From: Somniosus microcephalus
Lineage: Eukaryota
Direction: 5' to 3'
Length of the DNA: 64,000 nucleotides
NCBI GenBank assembly: GCA_052327205.1
Contig: CM126204.1
Location: forward strand, 105,772,001-105,836,000
Shown here in pieces: positions 22,594 to 35,200 of the stretch; within the stretch, counting starts at the first letter, position 1; the number at the start of each line of letters is the position of its first letter. The notes beneath the pieces were generated by a model. That model was not told the origin of the DNA, did no database searches, and worked only from the letters and a program-made list of their open reading frames with translations. The translations under genes were made by a program, and so were the position numbers.

Positions 22594-23250
22594 CCCATAT
22601 TATATATATATATATATAATATATAATATATTTTTTTTATCCACACTTTTTGGCTGTCTTTTTTTCTTCTCCCCTACATGGCAGCTGTCTTTCATTCTGC
22701 CAGCACAATTTACACTTCATCTAGAGCCATCCTTTGTTTCTTAAGTTGTTCCATTACCATCTTCTTTTGCCTTGAATATCTCAATGTCTTTTAATCTCTC
22801 CTGCCTTCCATCCTATCACAGACCTTCCCTTTTGTTCTTTCATCCCCCTCCCCCCTTTCCTAGCCTCTTCACTTGCGTAAAAATCTGTTCATTTCCTGCT
22901 TTTTTCCAGTTCGGACGAAAGGTCATCGCATCTCTTCACAGATGCTGCCTGACTTGCTGAGTTTCTCCAGCATTTTCTGTTTTTATTTCAGATTTCCAAC
23001 ATCTGCAGTATTTTTTTTATACTAGATTGGCTGTACCAAAAAAATACAAGATTCATGCTTCTTTATAATCAGTGTCACTTATTTTTACTATTATTTGACC
23101 CAAATAATGGTTTAAAAATTGGGAAAATAACTTTAAAAGAAAGGATCCGATTTACAGTGTTAAGAAAACAATTTTACTTATTCAGTCATCATATAGCAAT
23201 AGCTCTGACTGTACTTAAGTACTGAAACAAATGGAAAACTCTAAACTGAC

Positions 23251-26200
23251 ATGGTAAGTTTTATAGCAAATTTCACCAATACCTTGGTTATATTTGACCC
23301 TGAAATGAGCTTCCGACCACATATCCGCAGCATAACAAAGACCGCCTATTTCCACCTCCGTAACATTGCCCATCCCCGCCCTTGCCTCAGCCCATCCGCT
23401 GCTGAAACCCTCATCTATGCCTTTGTTACCTCTAGACTTGATTATTCCAACGCAATCCTGGCTGGTATCCCACATTCTACCCTATGTAAACTTGAGGTTA
23501 TCCAAAACTCAGCTGCCTGTGTCCTAACTCGCACCAAGTCCTGTTCGCCCATCACCCCTGTGCTCGCTGACCTACATTGGCTCCTGGTTAAGCAGCGCCT
23601 CGATTTCAAAATTCTCATCCTTTTTTTCAAATCCCTCCATGGGCTCGACCCTCCCTATCTCTGTAATCTCCTTCAGCCACCGCCCCCCCCCCCCCGAGAG
23701 ATCTGCGCTCCTCTAATTCTGCCCTCTTGAGCATCCCTGATTATAAATCGCTCAACCATTGGTGGCCGTGCCTTCTGTTGCCTAGGCCCTACGCTCTGGA
23801 ATTCCCTGCCTAAACCTCTTCGCCTCATTATCTCTTTTTCCTCCTTTAAGACGCTCCTTAAAACCTACCTCTTTGACCAAGCTTTAGGTCACCTGCCCTA
23901 ATTTATCCTTGTGGCTCGGTGTCAAATTTTTTGTCTTATAATACTCCTGTGCAGCGCCTTGGGATGTTTTACTACGTTAAAGGCGCTATATAAATACAAG
24001 TTGTTGTAAGTTTTGTGTCTTTTTTTTAAATGCCTGTATTTTCAGGCATGCAGTGAAACACATGTTGCAAGATCCACAGGAGAAGCAGGAGCATCAGAAG
24101 AGCAAATGGGTCCAGGAAGTAAAAAGGTAACAAATTATGTTCAGATAGAGCTTCGAATTAGAAATGGTGGGCCAATTATCCTCTCCTCACTGAAGTATAT
24201 TGTGCCTGTGAAGGGAACAAAAGGATTTATGGTGGCCTGCTTGCCCTCACAGCAGGGCCTGCCATCTCGCTGGGCCTTGTGCTGGGAATGGAGGCCAGAA
24301 ACAGGAGCGCACTGTAGACCTGAGAGGCCTCCAACAACGGCCAAAAGCTCCCGGTATCCTGCCATGGAGGAATGCCAGGAAGGAAAATGAGAAACATTAC
24401 CTGCAGCCAGTTTCCATCATCAGGTTGCTCCCAGGTCTTCTCAGATTCTGAGAGGGTCCCACTGTCAGCCTCAATGCCAGCGTTTTTTGCAGCGCTCCAT
24501 GGATGGACACATTGGAAAGTGAATATCCTGGGCAGCATAGTGGAGCGGGAGACAGACGCCTCTGCCTTATTGCTAAGACTGGGAACTGAGCATTTCCCAG
24601 GCACAGTGAAGAGGATAATTGTCCCTCTTGTATTCAGAGTAGTAGTTTGTATTGTTTGCAATTCGTTTTATAACATTTTTACTGTAATCATTTAACACAG
24701 GGCTCACAAAAACAGACATACCTTCCTCCTATACGCATTGGCCTGAGTGCCTCCTCTAGATTCCTAGAGAAAAGTCTGAGAGATTCATTACCTCGATCAG
24801 ATGAATCTAAAGATCACCATAATCAGAAAGTGATTTTACCTCACTTGGAGAAGGTAACAGATAAAACCCTGACAACTGCTAAAGCTGTTACAAACTTGGA
24901 CAAAAGTAAAGCAGCTGATGATCGTTTTAAAAACCTTCGATCTTGGCCCAACAGTATTGTTGGATCAGTGAACACTTCAAGAGAAAGTAAAATAGAGAAA
25001 CAACAATATAAATTGGACAAAATGAATGAATTTGAGTTTTTATCTCCAAAGACACCCATGGAGACAAGCCCATTTGAAATTCAGAAAATTCCAGAGTGCC
25101 CAAACTGTAAAAAGGAAAGAAAGATAAGGGATGAGTACGACAAGTTCATTCTACAGTCAAAGAGGGACAAAGAGTCTTTACAGCACAGAATTATGGAACT
25201 AGAGACTGAACTGAAGAAATGTAAGGATGAAACTAAAGAACTGGCACCTGCTGCAGAAAGAGTCAGGGTAAAATACATTTATTCTCTTTTACTCAATTGA
25301 GCATTTACCAGCCCCATTTCTCAGCTCCTTGTTTTCTTCCTTTTTCTCCCTTTCTCTACTGAAGGAGATGGCTGTTGTAATATAGTTCTATGGGTGTCAG
25401 CATCCCTTCACTATCTCAGGCCTTACTACATGTTTTGGCAACTCGTCTGTGGGCAGCGTTATAGGAAGCCTGTTTCCTGTGCAAATTGTGTCAGGTTGGT
25501 TGAATGGAGCTGGATAAATGGCTACAAACTACAAACTTTTTTAGGTTCTTACTTTTTGTATAGCGTTACAACAACAACCTGATTTATATAGTGCTTTTAA
25601 TGTAGAAAAATATCCCAAGCCACTTCATGGAAACTAAAGGGAAAAAATGGATACTGAGCCCAAGGAGATATTCGGCAGGGTGACAAAAGACTTGGTCAAA
25701 GAGGTGGTTTTTAAAAAGAGGGTCTTCAAGGAGGAGAGGAAGGTGCAGAGGCAGAAGGGTTTAGGGAGGGAATTCCAGAGCGTGAGACCTAGGTAGTTGA
25801 AGGCACAGTCGTCAATTGTGGGGTGAAGGGTGGGTGTGGGGGGGGGGGGGGGGGCGGTGGGCGGTGGAGAGTTGTAGCGCTAGAGATAAGGAGGCGAGGC
25901 CATGGAGGAATTTAAATGGAATTTAAACATATATTGAAAAGGGGCAATGAGAGAGAGGGACCAAGCTTCGACTTACGCCAAGAACAGCCGTAAAGTCAGC
26001 AGTGGCTGCGATGCCCACCCAGTGCCAACGTTGGGAGGCTCACCAGTCGTGGGAGGGCAGGAAATCAGCTGGCTCCCATGCTGAGCCAGCTGGCAGCTTC
26101 GGTCTGGAAGGGGTTGGGAGGCAATCCCGGGGGAAGTCTTGCACGGGCTGGAGATTCTTGTGGGTCCAAGAGGAGCAATCCTGGTGAAAAACAGGTGGCC

Positions 26201-29200
26201 GGCAGTTGAAAATTACCCCCAAAGATTTTTTCTAATTTCTCTGCAAATCACCTTCTAACAGTAGAAAATTCATCCCATGCAGCATCAGCTGTGCAGGCAG
26301 TGCATGGCTCAGTGCACAAATTAGCTGCTCTCGCTGGATAATGTGGGCTCAGTTCATTTACATTATTTTCTGGTGCTCCCAGGCACATCATTCATGCTGA
26401 AAGCACTGGGCCGCAATGTCTGGAGTTAGTAGGGTTGGCTGCTAACTGTCTTGCATTGGGCAATATCCCAATGGGAGGAGGAGTATGGAGCAACGGTGAC
26501 CGGACATTTTTCCCCCTCAACAACGGCCTCTTTTTACACAGACTCAGACTCCTACAAGCTCATTGGCTGAATTGGGACGTGTTGGGTGCCTCAGGTGTGT
26601 TATAGGCCTCAGGGCTCCACCGCTGATAGCACGGTGATAATAATGCACTCCCACCACCATATTATCTGCCTTTATATCATTATGGATTAGGGAAATATAA
26701 CACTATAAATGGATTAATGTGTGACTTACAATTATATTTAGTTGTTTAAATGTATATAGTTACAGGGTCACATTGCACATGTCTGAAAGAACCATACACC
26801 ATGAGAATAAAACTTACTCCACTTTGCTGGAGTTTCAATGTGTATCACATGCAAGTACATATTTGTCAACTATGTTACCTGTTTAAATGTATATACTTAT
26901 ATTAAAGCCACATTTCTCTTTATTCAGTTTCTTGGAAGCCAATCCTATAGAGTGTATAATACGTCTAATTTTCGTTCACATTTTGAATTAACAAAAGGGT
27001 ATTCAGCTGTGAGGCCTGAACCTGTCTACCTTAAGTTTCAGTAACTTCTTTGGTACCATTGTTTTTTGCATAATAATCTCCACTAACTGTTCTACACCCA
27101 CCTCTAATGGTTCACCTCCTCTGTGAAAACTGAAGCAAAGTACATATTTAGCACAGTAGTTTTGCCATTCCCTCATTCTCCACTACAACCTTGCCTTCTT
27201 CACCTCTGGGTAGCTCTACCCCTACCTTCTTACTATTGATGTGCCTATGGATAACCTTATTATCCTTTATTTTTATTTTTCACTTTTCTCTCATACTCCC
27301 TCTTAGCTTTTCTAATCTCTCTTTTTATAGCAACTGTGGCATTGTGCATGCACAAAGCAAAGACTTCCATTTGCAACAATCCAAGATGTGATCTATAATG
27401 TTCACAATACTTAACAGCAGCATTAACTTTCTTTTTACCAGAAAATGCAGAAATAGAACATTTCATTTTTGAAGAACTTACAACAAACTAAGTCATTTGA
27501 TTAGTATGTCAGAATTAAACAAACTGAAGTAGAGGGAAACAAAAATAAATTGTGATTTTAAAAAGCACTACGGCAATATAATCTTCTGTTTATTTGTTCT
27601 GGCCATGTCATATATTATTCATATTCTCCATATAGGAACACCTACAGAAGGAAGTGGAGTACTTACAGAGCAGTCTCAGATACAGCCAGAAACTGGCAGT
27701 AGATGAAAAGGTGCTTCACCAGACTTACGCCATCCAGCTTCAGCAAGAGCGTCTGTATGCATCAGTTCTACAGGAAAGAGTCTGTTTTACGTTACTTATT
27801 GAATATGTTTTTAGATATATTCATTACAATTCCAAATGTTTGTGACTAGTTTCCTTTAAGGATTATGGTGCTTTTGCCGGTTGTGAGATACAAGTGCTAT
27901 ATAATATATATCTTTTTCGTTTGTTTTTTCTTTCCATTCCTTTCCCATCTTCATTATGTATTAGATCCTCACTACCTCCACCAATTCTTCTCCTTCTTCC
28001 TAACCTCAGCCCCCAACCTCCTCTCAATCTCTAACCCTCATCCCCCTCACCCCCCCCCCCCGATCATGTAACTCCCTTTCCTCATCTGTGGTTCCTTTTC
28101 CTTAGAAACGTTTCTCACCCATTCAAAACCATCCTTATTGCGTCCTCCTCAAAAAATGTACTCTCAACCTATCTGTCCTCTCTAACTGCTGCTCGATCTC
28201 CAATCTTCCTTTTCACACTTAGGTTTTCAAATGAGTCATGGCTTCCCAAATTCATGCTTATCTTCTCCCGCCTCCTGTTAAAATCGACCCCATCATCTTT
28301 GGCCCCTCTCACAAACTTCACTCCCTCCCTTGCCATCAACTCCATTCCCCTCTCTGGCCAGTCTCAAGCTTAACCAAATCGTTTGTAATTTTAGTTTACT
28401 GTTTAACCCCGAGCTGAACTTTTAAGCCCCACATCCTATCCATCACCAAGATTGCATAATTCCAGCTGTGCAACATTGCCTACCTCCAACTCTACCTCAG
28501 CCTCTCCATTACTGAAATCTTTATACATACCTTTGTCACCTCCAGACTCGATTACTATAATACTTTCCTTGCTGGACTCTTATGCTGCATGTCTTCACTG
28601 TCACACATATCCTGTCTTGCACTAAGTCCTGCTTGCCCATCACCCCTATCCTCATTGACCTATACTGGATCCCCATTCCCCCAATGCATTAAATTCAAAG
28701 TCTTTGTCCTTATCTATATATGCATCCATGGCCTTGCTCCATCCTTTCTCTGCAATCTTCAACAACCCTGTACCCCATGCAAATGCTCTGTTCCTCTGAC
28801 ACATTCCCTTCCTCCTTTTGTCCCACCATTGATGCAGAGCCTTCAGTTGCATCGGTTACTACTCTCTGGAAGTCCCTTGATAAACCTTTCCACCCCTCAC
28901 TCCGCCCTCAAAAAAACCATCTCTTCAACCAAGCCTTTAGTCACCCCTCCTCATCTCTTCCTTCCTGGCTTAGTATCTGTTTTTCTTACACCTATTAGTG
29001 ATGTATTTTGGGGCATTTCTTTATATTAAAGGCACCATATAAGTTGTTATGCATTTTGTCATGCCCAGTACATAAGACCATTTTGCCTTTGCCTCCTATA
29101 AACAGAAACATGACATTATGCATGAAGGTAGCATGTGTAGGGTGAACAATAATCATTCATCTGTAAATACTGTAATTGATTTTGTATCCCCATTTCCCAC

Positions 29201-32200
29201 TACAGCCTGATTTAACACATTACGTAGTCCAACAGCACATATGCAGCATGGCTATGACGATTTAAGCATGGAGTCTGGATTATAGTACTCTAAACATTCT
29301 GTATTCCAGCATCGACAGTATTTTGCTTTTGTTTCACTCTTATTCTGTGCTCTTTACAATTAGAAAACCAGGTTTCGTAAAAGCAGAGTTAAGGAAAACA
29401 AAACAAATTGGGGCAAAATTTGGTTACGCCTCTTTGGGGGCGGTAACCGAATTATCGCTGGAGATTTAGTGCCCAGCGCGGAAGTACCGCACCAGCTGCT
29501 AAATTCGGCTTACTGCTCCGGCGAGGAAGCGGAGCGCTATTTTGGGCGTTATCGGTTAGCACCCCAGTAGCGCCTGCCGAATTTCTCGGGAGGTGCCATT
29601 AGTGCCCCTGCCCGGGCGATAAGCCCTTTGTGCCCAGTTAGCACCCCCCCGGAGGCGTGAACGGCAGGCGTAAAGGAGCCGAATTTCGCAGCTATTATTT
29701 CTACGCATCCCTTTTTATAACAGCTTGGCCTATAGAATCTGTTTGTTATTGCTGTTTTCCTTGAATTCTGTGCCATTGTTATTGAAAACCCTCAGATGCT
29801 GCATACAGTTCCTGCCCAGATCATAGAACAGCTTCTTAAACCAAATAATTAAAGATAACACCTATTAGCTGCTTAGCTCAGACAGCCTCCAAGGAGAAGG
29901 AGGTTATGTCATGACAAAAGCCCTTGTAGGGGAAGTGTATGGTAATGAAGTTTTTTTTTTGTTAAAGGACAATTCTACATAGAACCTTTTCTTATTGTAG
30001 GATGACCTGCTGGTTGAAGTTGAAGAGTTAAAAGCTCAGCTGGATAAAAACTGTGATAATGAAATAATTCAAGTGCAGAGAATAAATGCTGAGAAATGCA
30101 GAGTAATCTTGGAAACAGAAGAGCTAAAGTCTCAACTAGAGAAAGTGAAAGAACGAGAAAAGCGTAAAATTTCTGAATTAGAAAATGAAAAGGTAAGGAT
30201 CAGGAAACTTTCAAATATATTCCTTGCAGGGATAGCAGTGTTTGCTGTTTACATACTACCAGTTGCACATCTGCTGTTTTAGGAATTCAAAAGCTGTTCT
30301 TTAATACTTATGAGATTTTTTTCACTTTCACTTTCGATTAGGACCACATTCAACTAGAACTGGAAGACACCAAAATTGAGCTGGAAAAATTAAAGGAAAC
30401 TCAAAATGAGAATTTGATAGAGTTGAGGAGAGAGAAGGTAATGTATTAAGCAGACTGTAAACATTGAAATACATTCATAGTATATTGTACCTTTCACCTG
30501 TATTGTGCCAAGTTTTTTCCTATAAATTACCCTGTATACACGCGAGTCATTCACTTATGCATGCTAGTAATGTTAATCACAGAAACACCATAAAGTGATG
30601 CTTCAAAGTGAAACTACACCGTACAAAATTTAGGAACCATATATGTGACGATATTTGACCAGGATGAAGTACTTGGAGGAAAGTCAATGTGAAGAGAGGT
30701 AGGTTAAATAAAGGCAATCCAGTTAAACCTCCAAGCCAGATATAAATAAAAAAACAAGGGCATATACAGTACTGATGAGAAATTTGCAAGAATCAAAAGG
30801 GCTCAAAATTCTGTGGTTCCTGCTCAATCACCAGGGGAGTAGTGGAGCAGCACTCCTGGCCACCTTTTGAAGAGGACATTGATGCCATCTCAGGGATGGG
30901 GTAATTTTAATAATCTGGATGGGCAACCTGCTCCTGTAGAGGTGCTGCAGAGACGCCCTCCCCAAGCATTTTACTACTCTGACTTGGAGAGGCAGAGGCC
31001 CTCAACAGACTGAAGAGGTAATGTAAAAATTTGTAACGTTTCCTTGTTGAGAAACCATGACCTGCATTGTGAAGTAATTGATCCCCTCTGGGATTGAATA
31101 CCATTGCTCCTTGAATTGCTTGATGCCTTGGGAAGGTCCAGTATGGAATCTATGCCTGCTCTGCTGGACCTAAGAAAGGGATGATGGGCAGAATATCCGA
31201 GGTAGTCGGGGAACACCCCCAGACACACCTTCATAACTGGTTGTGGAGGCAGTGAAAGATGGGTGGGAGAGTCATCCAACCCCCCCATCCGATTGGAATT
31301 TGGGCTGTATAGTAAACGGGGCGGAAACCCAGTTCTTCCACGTTTTGCTCCGAATTGCAGCACCCCACCATAAGAGATTAAAACAGTAGATGTCCTTCTG
31401 TAATGTTATTGCAATTGAAAAGGAAAGAAAAAATTGGGGGTAAGGTACTGACTTGGATAGAAAACTGGTTGGCAGACAGAAAGCAAAGAGTTGGAATAAA
31501 CGGGTCTTTTTCCAAATGGAAGGCAGTAACTAGTGGGGTACTGCAGGGATCGGTGCTAGGACCCCAGTTATTCACAATATATATTAATGATCTAGATGAA
31601 GGAACTAGATGTAATATCTGCACGTTTGCAGATGACACAAAGCTGGGTGGGCGTGTGTGCTGTGAGGAGGATGCCGAGAAACTCCAGTATGATTTGGACA
31701 GGTTGAGCGATTGGGCGGATGCATGGCAGATGCAGTATAATGTGGATAAATGCGAGGTTATCCACTTTGGTGCAAAATCAGGAAGGCAGATTATTATCTG
31801 AATGGCAATAGATTGGGAAAAGGGGAAGTGCAACGAAACCTGGGTGTCCTTGTGCACCAGTCGCTGAAGGTAAGCATGCAGGTGCAGCAGGCGGTTAAGA
31901 AGGCAAATGGTATGTTGGCCTTCGTAGCGAGAGGGTTGCGTACAGGAACAAGGATGTCTTGCTGTAGTTGTACAGGGCCTTGGTGAGACTACATCTTGAG
32001 TATTGTGTGCAGTTTTGGTCGCCTTATCTGAGGAAGGATGTTCCTGCCATGGAGGGAGTGCAGCGAAGATTCACCAGGCTGATACCTGGGATGGCAGGAA
32101 TGACGTATGAGGAGAGATTGGGTCGATTGGGCTTATACTCGTTGGAGTTTAGAAGAATGAGAGGGGATCTCATTGAAACTTATAAAATTCTGACAGGACT

Positions 32201-35200
32201 GGACAGACTAGATGCAGGAAGGATGTTCTCGATGGTCGGGGAGTCCAGAACCAGGGGTCACAGTCTAAGGATAAGGGGTAAGCCATTTAGGACAGAGATG
32301 AGGAGGAATTTCTTCACCCAGAGAGTGGTGAACCTGTGGAATTCTCTACCACAGAAGGCAGTAGAGGCCAATTCATTAAATATATTCAAGAAGGAGTTGG
32401 ATATATTTCTTAAGGCTAAAGGGATCAAGGGATATGGGGAGAACGCAGGGACCGGGTACTGAATTTGGATGATCAGCCATGATCGCATTGAATGGCAGAG
32501 CAGGCTCGAGGGGCCGAATGGCCTACTCCTGCTCCTATCTTCCATGTTTCTATATTATCCTGTCCAAAATCAGATCCTGTAATTCCTCTCAAATGCACTG
32601 AAGTAGGAGAGAAAAGGGGGCAGAAATTGATTCCTTGTTACACCTGTTTACCAGATAGAAAATGAGAGCAAAAAAGGACCAATTTCAGGACACAACATCC
32701 TGCACCTGATCTGCGCTTGAATTACGTGGCACAAAATTGGTAAAGGCGGCTTTCCAGGCATCCTGGGCGGGCGCCTTAAACAGGCGATACATCCCTTGTA
32801 TATGTTAATGCAGGGCCTAACGCCTGTTTAAGAACCCCTCTGCAAAATTAATTAGCACTGAGCGTAGCATGCACAGGGTTTTCCAGCGATTGCTGCAGCC
32901 TAATTAGCAGTCGCCAACAAAAAGTTATGATTTTATTTTTATTTTACTCTCAAGTAGAGCAACAATGTTCTTCCTGGCTCCACCACACACCTGAGGGCTG
33001 CTGCAGGACCGCCATCACTACCCTCCCATTCTCCCACCAGCCTATGATCTACCTGAGGGTCGTTGGCGGTGAGGCAGCTGGTCCAAATTATAGAATCATA
33101 GAAATTTACGGCACAGGAGGCCATTCAACCCATCGTGTCTGTGCCGGCCGAAAAAGAGCTATCCAGCCTAATCCCACTTTCCAGCTCTTGGTCTGTAGCC
33201 TTGTAGGTTACGGCACTTCAAGTGCATATCCAAGTACTTTTTAAAATGTGATGAGCGTTTCTGCCTCTACCATCCTTTCAAGCAATGAGTTCCAGACCTC
33301 CACCACCCTCTGGGTGAAAAATGTTCTCCTCAACTCCCCTCTAATCCTTCTACCAATTAATTTAAATCTATGCCCCTTGGTTATTGACCTCTCTGCTAGG
33401 GGAAATAGGTCCTTCCTATCCACTCTATCTAGGCCCCTCATAATTTTATACACTTCAATCAAGTCTCCCCTCAGCCTCCTCTGTTGCAAAGAAAACAATC
33501 CCAGCCGAGCCAATCTTTCCTCATAGCTAAAATTCTCCAGTCCTGGCAACATCCTCGTAAATCTCCTCTGTACCCTCTCTAGTGCAATCACATCGTTCCT
33601 GTAATGTGGTGACCAGAACTGTACACAGTACTCTTTGGCTGTGGCCTAATTAGTGTTTTATACAGTTCAAGCATAACTTCCCTGCTCTTGTATTCTATGC
33701 CTCGGCTAATAAAGGAAAGTATCCTGTATGCCTTCTTAACCACCTTATCTACCTGTCCTGCAGGTAATTGTCAAACCAGTGAGCTGCCTCTGGATGCCCG
33801 ATTGGCGTCTGCAGCTCACCGAATAGATGCTGATGACGCCAGAGGCCCGAGGCTCAATTTCAGGTGAGCCTTGAGCCTCCAACTTCTGGCGTGTGCTCCT
33901 AGCTTGCCATCAATTCTGCACCCAAAAACGGGCCTATACAAATTTTTAGCTCAAAGACGACTTTGGGAACAGAAATAAATTTGGTGTGCGTTTTTTTCTG
34001 TAATTTTAGTTGGCAAAATTTCCCTATGTGCAGGAGCGATGTTTTATTGCCTGCATAAATTAGTCAGTGTCATTTACCAGCAACATATAATTTAATGTTA
34101 CACCAGCAGTATTGAGCTGTTTTATAGTTTAAAATATGTAATATTGCCCACGATTGCACATATCGTGAAAAGGCAAAACTGAGAGTGAACTTCAATTTTC
34201 CTCTCGCCCAGATTACTGTAACCGGTCCATACAAGTGATTTGGATGCCCAGTATAAAATTTACTTCATCTCCTCCCAGCAAATTAATATGTTAAAAAAAT
34301 TGGGTGGAATTTTCCAAGTTGGGCAATTATGGGTGTCATATCTTCTTGGTTTTAAATATGAACTCTAATGTGGCATCTTTTATAGGATGAATTTTTGACT
34401 GAAACTGAGGAATTGAAAAAATTCTTGGATAAGGTACGTGCAAATGGTTTTAGGAATGAATGTTATTCGGGTGCAGTTTAATACAGGAAACTTTCGATTT
34501 ACCGGCACCTAAATAACCGGAAATCTCAGTTAACCAGCAAAATTCAGGAGTAGGTTCAGGTAAGTTTTACTTCATATTACTTGCCTTCCTCGATCTGTTG
34601 CTGTGCAATTGGGTGTGGCTGCAGCTGTTGCTAAGCTACAGAGACGCTCGGAACTTGTGGCCATTGTTCAGCACCTGTTGCTAAGCAACAGGGTTTGTTG
34701 CTTTATACGGAGCTCTCAGCTCTCCGTATCTTTTACTATAGCTCTCGGTTATCCGGAATTTTTGATGAACCGGCACCACGTCGGTCCCGGATAAAAAAAA
34801 GTTTCCTGTAAGTCCTAATTCAAGATTCTATTGCTAAAGAAATTGATTTGTCAATTTGAAGAGAATTTTACAGAGGTGTGGCAGTGAATTGTACAATAAC
34901 GTACGGTACCTTAGAGTGCAAAGACACAGGTTTGACTCCTCTTCCTCACTTTGCTGAATTCCGGGTCTTAGCTATGCTGCTGTGGATAAGTGGTGAGCAA
35001 GAATCAGGCACCTCCCCGCAGCAACGAGAGGAAATCTGATGAAGAATCATTACTGCTTCATTGTCACTACTGCTTCATTGTCACATGTCACCTAGCAGCC
35101 AGCTGAACCGCAGCATTGTTGGAATCCTGGGGACAGCAGGAGGCACATGGCCTGGTAAGGCCATTACAAGGAACAAGGGCAAAACAGAAGAATTTTATAT

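Larger units (their letters stand above)
18325..23015 (+). mobile_element. Penelope-like element (GIY-YIG end at 18325-18823; 3' tail at 22600-23015), split by a CR1
   Basis: NLVYCIRCSRCGLLYIGETKRRLGDRFAEH / LEEQHLIFRLGTLQPSGLNIEF; tail collinear with 59579-59970; CCCATA duplication at 18824-18829 and 22594-22599. Confidence 0.85.

Noticed and set aside
23231-24750. Alternative start MENSKLTW... for the coiled-coil gene
   Set aside because: That frame hits TGA early in the 24701 exon; at most a uORF
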